This document shows positions 60,190-64,000 of a stretch of DNA of 64,000 bases, piece by piece. The stretch lies in the NCBI RefSeq assembly GCF_009914755.1, contig NC_060935.1; one strand, given 5' to 3'. The position numbers and the translations under genes were made by a program. Origin of the DNA: the human T2T-CHM13v2.0 reference genome, Homo sapiens. Position 1 is the first letter of the stretch. Every line of letters begins with the position of its first letter. Under the pieces are notes generated by a model. The model was not told the DNA's origin and searched no databases. It saw only the letters and a list, made by a program, of their open reading frames with translations.

Positions 60190-60341
60190 TTAGGTTATAA
60201 CTGTTATAGCACTGAAAGGCAACTATTTATGAAGAAGATGGAAATGTATCTTACAGGTAAACGAAGTGTTAGTCTAAGATAAAACAGCTATGCAAGCTAG
60301 TCTTATGAATTCACTCAGTTGACTTTCTGATCTTTGTTCAG

Positions 60342-60449
60342 GATTATAGTAAAGTCCAGCATCTGGCCCTCCATGCATTCCATAATACAGAAGTGGAAGC
60401 TATGCAAGCAGAGAGCTGCTATCAGCTAGCTAGATCATTCCATGTTCAG
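60342..60449 (+). CDS. CTR9: CTR9 exon 8 ([10 protein letters not shown]...RSFHVQ)
   Basis: gttcag|GAT ... CAG|gtaatt; 108 nt. Confidence 0.97.
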
Positions 60450-60553
60450 GTAATTTTATAACTTCTCTAAATGTCTAATCTTTTTACTTATAGTGTTTTA
60501 AGTCTTTCCAATACTTTTGTACATATTGGTCTTTTTTAATTTTCATTCTTTAG

Positions 60554-60826
<273 letters not shown>

Positions 60827-61004
60827 TAGCTGTCCCAAAACTCCCATTTCTCATTTCCTGTTATTGCTAGTAGAAATATGATAGAAACAGTTTTGTTAGC
60901 TGAGCTTGTTCCAGTTTAGATAACAAACAATGGATTTATTAAACAGACTTACATAGCCCCCACTTTTTATTTTGACAACCTATAGATGGAATACTTCAGC
61001 TTAA

Positions 61005-61118
<114 letters not shown>

Positions 61119-61146
61119 TAGTAATGTTTTTTAATCTCTCATATGA

Positions 61147-61356
<210 letters not shown>

Positions 61357-61458
61357 TAGAAATATTTCCTTCTTTTATACTGAATCAAGTTGCATGCACA
61401 CCTTTTTAAAAAGTGTATAAACTAAATCTTTTAACAGTGTGATTTTTCTTTCTCATAG

Positions 61459-61710
<252 letters not shown>

Positions 61711-62334
61711 TGAAAAAAATTTAGAATTGATAGTAAAAATTGTTTAAGGTTCTAATGTCCCCATTTCTCCAGGGCAAATTTGTGGCCTTAAAACAAAGGT
61801 GCAGCTTTACTTACATTTGTGCTAGAAATAAGCAACTAAAACCAATTGGACCGTATTTCAATGACTAGGTTATCTTCAGTGGGTCAGCTACCTTTGTTAG
61901 GCTTTTAACAACTCCTTGGCATATCTGATAATGCATTTACCTTTGAAACATCCTTCTTTGATTTCATATGAACATTCTTACAATGTTTATAATAGTGAGA
62001 AAGAAAAGTGCTTTTCCTTTAAACAATTATTGCTAAAATGTCCTAATTTGAGTTTCGCAACCTATACGTTATAAAATAAGGAAAGTTTTTAATTAAAAAA
62101 TAATTTAGGCCTGGCATGGTGGCTCATGCCTGGAATCCCAGTACTTTGGGAGGCCACTGCAGCGGGATCGCTTGAGTCCAGGAGTTCAAGACCAACCTAA
62201 ACAACCCCAGTAGCAAGACCCCATCTTTATATTTTAAATAATAATAATATACATAGTGTACTTAATTTTATTTGTGTGTATGAGGATTTTTTTGTTTGTT
62301 TTTGTACTTTCTTTAAAAAGAACCTAAAGCATGA

Positions 62335-62685
<351 letters not shown>

Positions 62686-63312
62686 TAACTTGGTGCCTAT
62701 CATGCTGTTATGGATGCAAAAGTGATTTAAAATAAGCAAGATTTCAGTTGAATGCCAGACTGAATTTGAATTGATTTGATAGGCAGTAGTGAACCATTAT
62801 TGGTTTCCTGAGAGAAGTGACATTTCCTAGAGAAAACAACAACTTACATTTGTGTAGCACTTCACTATTAATTAATGGAAGAACCCCAGTTAGAGCCCAG
62901 ATCTTCTAAGTAGTAATACCTATTCATCAGACTTTCACTGTTTTGCCGTATTACAAGCAGCTTTTTTAAAAAAAAGGTAACTGACAATGGTGTGCATTGG
63001 AGAGAAATTAGAAACAGGCCGGTTCCAAGCTTTTAAAATAACTTAGCTTGAGATAAGGACTTGGACCAGGGAACTAGCATTGGGAGTGGAGTGGCAGAGG
63101 TAAGTCTTAGATTTCAAACAGTAAGTCTAGATGGTGACAAAATTATTCTTTAACTTGTTGGATGGATGATTGATATTTTTTCACCTTTGGGACTTTTCTG
63201 TTCCTTTTATGGCGGTATTAATGAAAAAAAATTGTTTCAAAAGTATGACTTTAAAATTATGATCCTTTATAGCTAATATTTGGGATATAAAAACTTTTAA
63301 ATATGTTTTCAG

Positions 63313-63401
63313 GCTATTTGCGCCTAGGAGCCATGGCTAGAGATAAGGGAAACTTTTATGAGGCTTCAGATTGGTTTAAGGAAGCTCTTCAGATTAATCA
63401 G
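63313..63401 (+). CDS. CTR9: CTR9 exon 13 ([29 protein letters not shown]); gene continues past the window
   Basis: tttcag|GC TAT ... CAG|gttggt; 89 nt; cumulative CDS 1686 nt with no stop. Confidence 0.97.
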
Positions 63402-64000
63402 GTTGGTAATATTAACTCTTAGGTTTGAGAAATAATTATTTTCACTTTTCCTTCCCCATAAATCAGTTTTTCCTTTTAATGGCTACATCTTCCTGGTTTT
63501 GTCATTTTTTGTTTTGTTTTCATTTACTTGTTAGATACTAAAAATGTACTAGGTTGCATTATTAATCATGTTATAAATAGGGACCATGTTTTTTTATGTA
63601 AATCTTTCCTATTGTCTTCCTTTTTCCTTCTTCCCTTCCCCCATCCCGTCCTTTCACTCCACTTCAACAAATGTGACCTGACTCCTGTGTTTTTTACTCT
63701 CACTAGTTTACTTCACTTTCAGTTTAGTTAGTACCATATGAGAGAACTTTATAGCATAGTATCTTAGGATTTTGTATGGAACCATAGCTATGGTCATCTA
63801 AACGTTTTGAGGGCCCACAAAAAGAAATAGATTTCACATCATAGCCTAGTACACACAAATGTATATATAGACAAACAACTGAAATGAAAGTTTCACAAAT
63901 CATTATTTGCTTTTGCCAATGGGCGATACACTGATATTTTTACTTTATTCCATTCTGTTGCATTTACTATGCAGATAACTAAAGACTAACTAAATGGATT

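Overview
Primate, most likely human, genomic DNA (dense Alu, L1, L2, MIR and MaLR repeats). The right quarter holds the CpG-island promoter and first 13 coding exons of CTR9 (PAF1 complex TPR scaffold, + strand, ATG at 48327). The exons splice with GT-AG boundaries into an open frame of 1686 nt / 562 codons that continues beyond the window. From known gene order, the left ~48 kb is the IRAG1(MRVI1)-CTR9 intergenic interval on 11p15. It is mostly repeats, including a Y3 RNA retrocopy and two solo LTRs with target-site duplications. The main unexplained signal is a chain of exon-like segments on the + strand from ~12.3 to ~31 kb: a Kozak ATG with a signal-peptide-like exon, three blocks with decayed C-type-lectin-like motifs, and further splice-bounded blocks. 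This suggests a decayed multi-exon gene (candidate unitary pseudogene), read by eye and unverified. Other notable items: a 64-bp near-perfect hairpin in CTR9 intron 7 with a template-switch signature, a CpG-retaining old LTR with promoter motifs at ~26 kb, and an exact 33-bp dispersed duplicate. Repeat family names are from recall of consensus sequences; repeat boundaries without a TSD are approximate.
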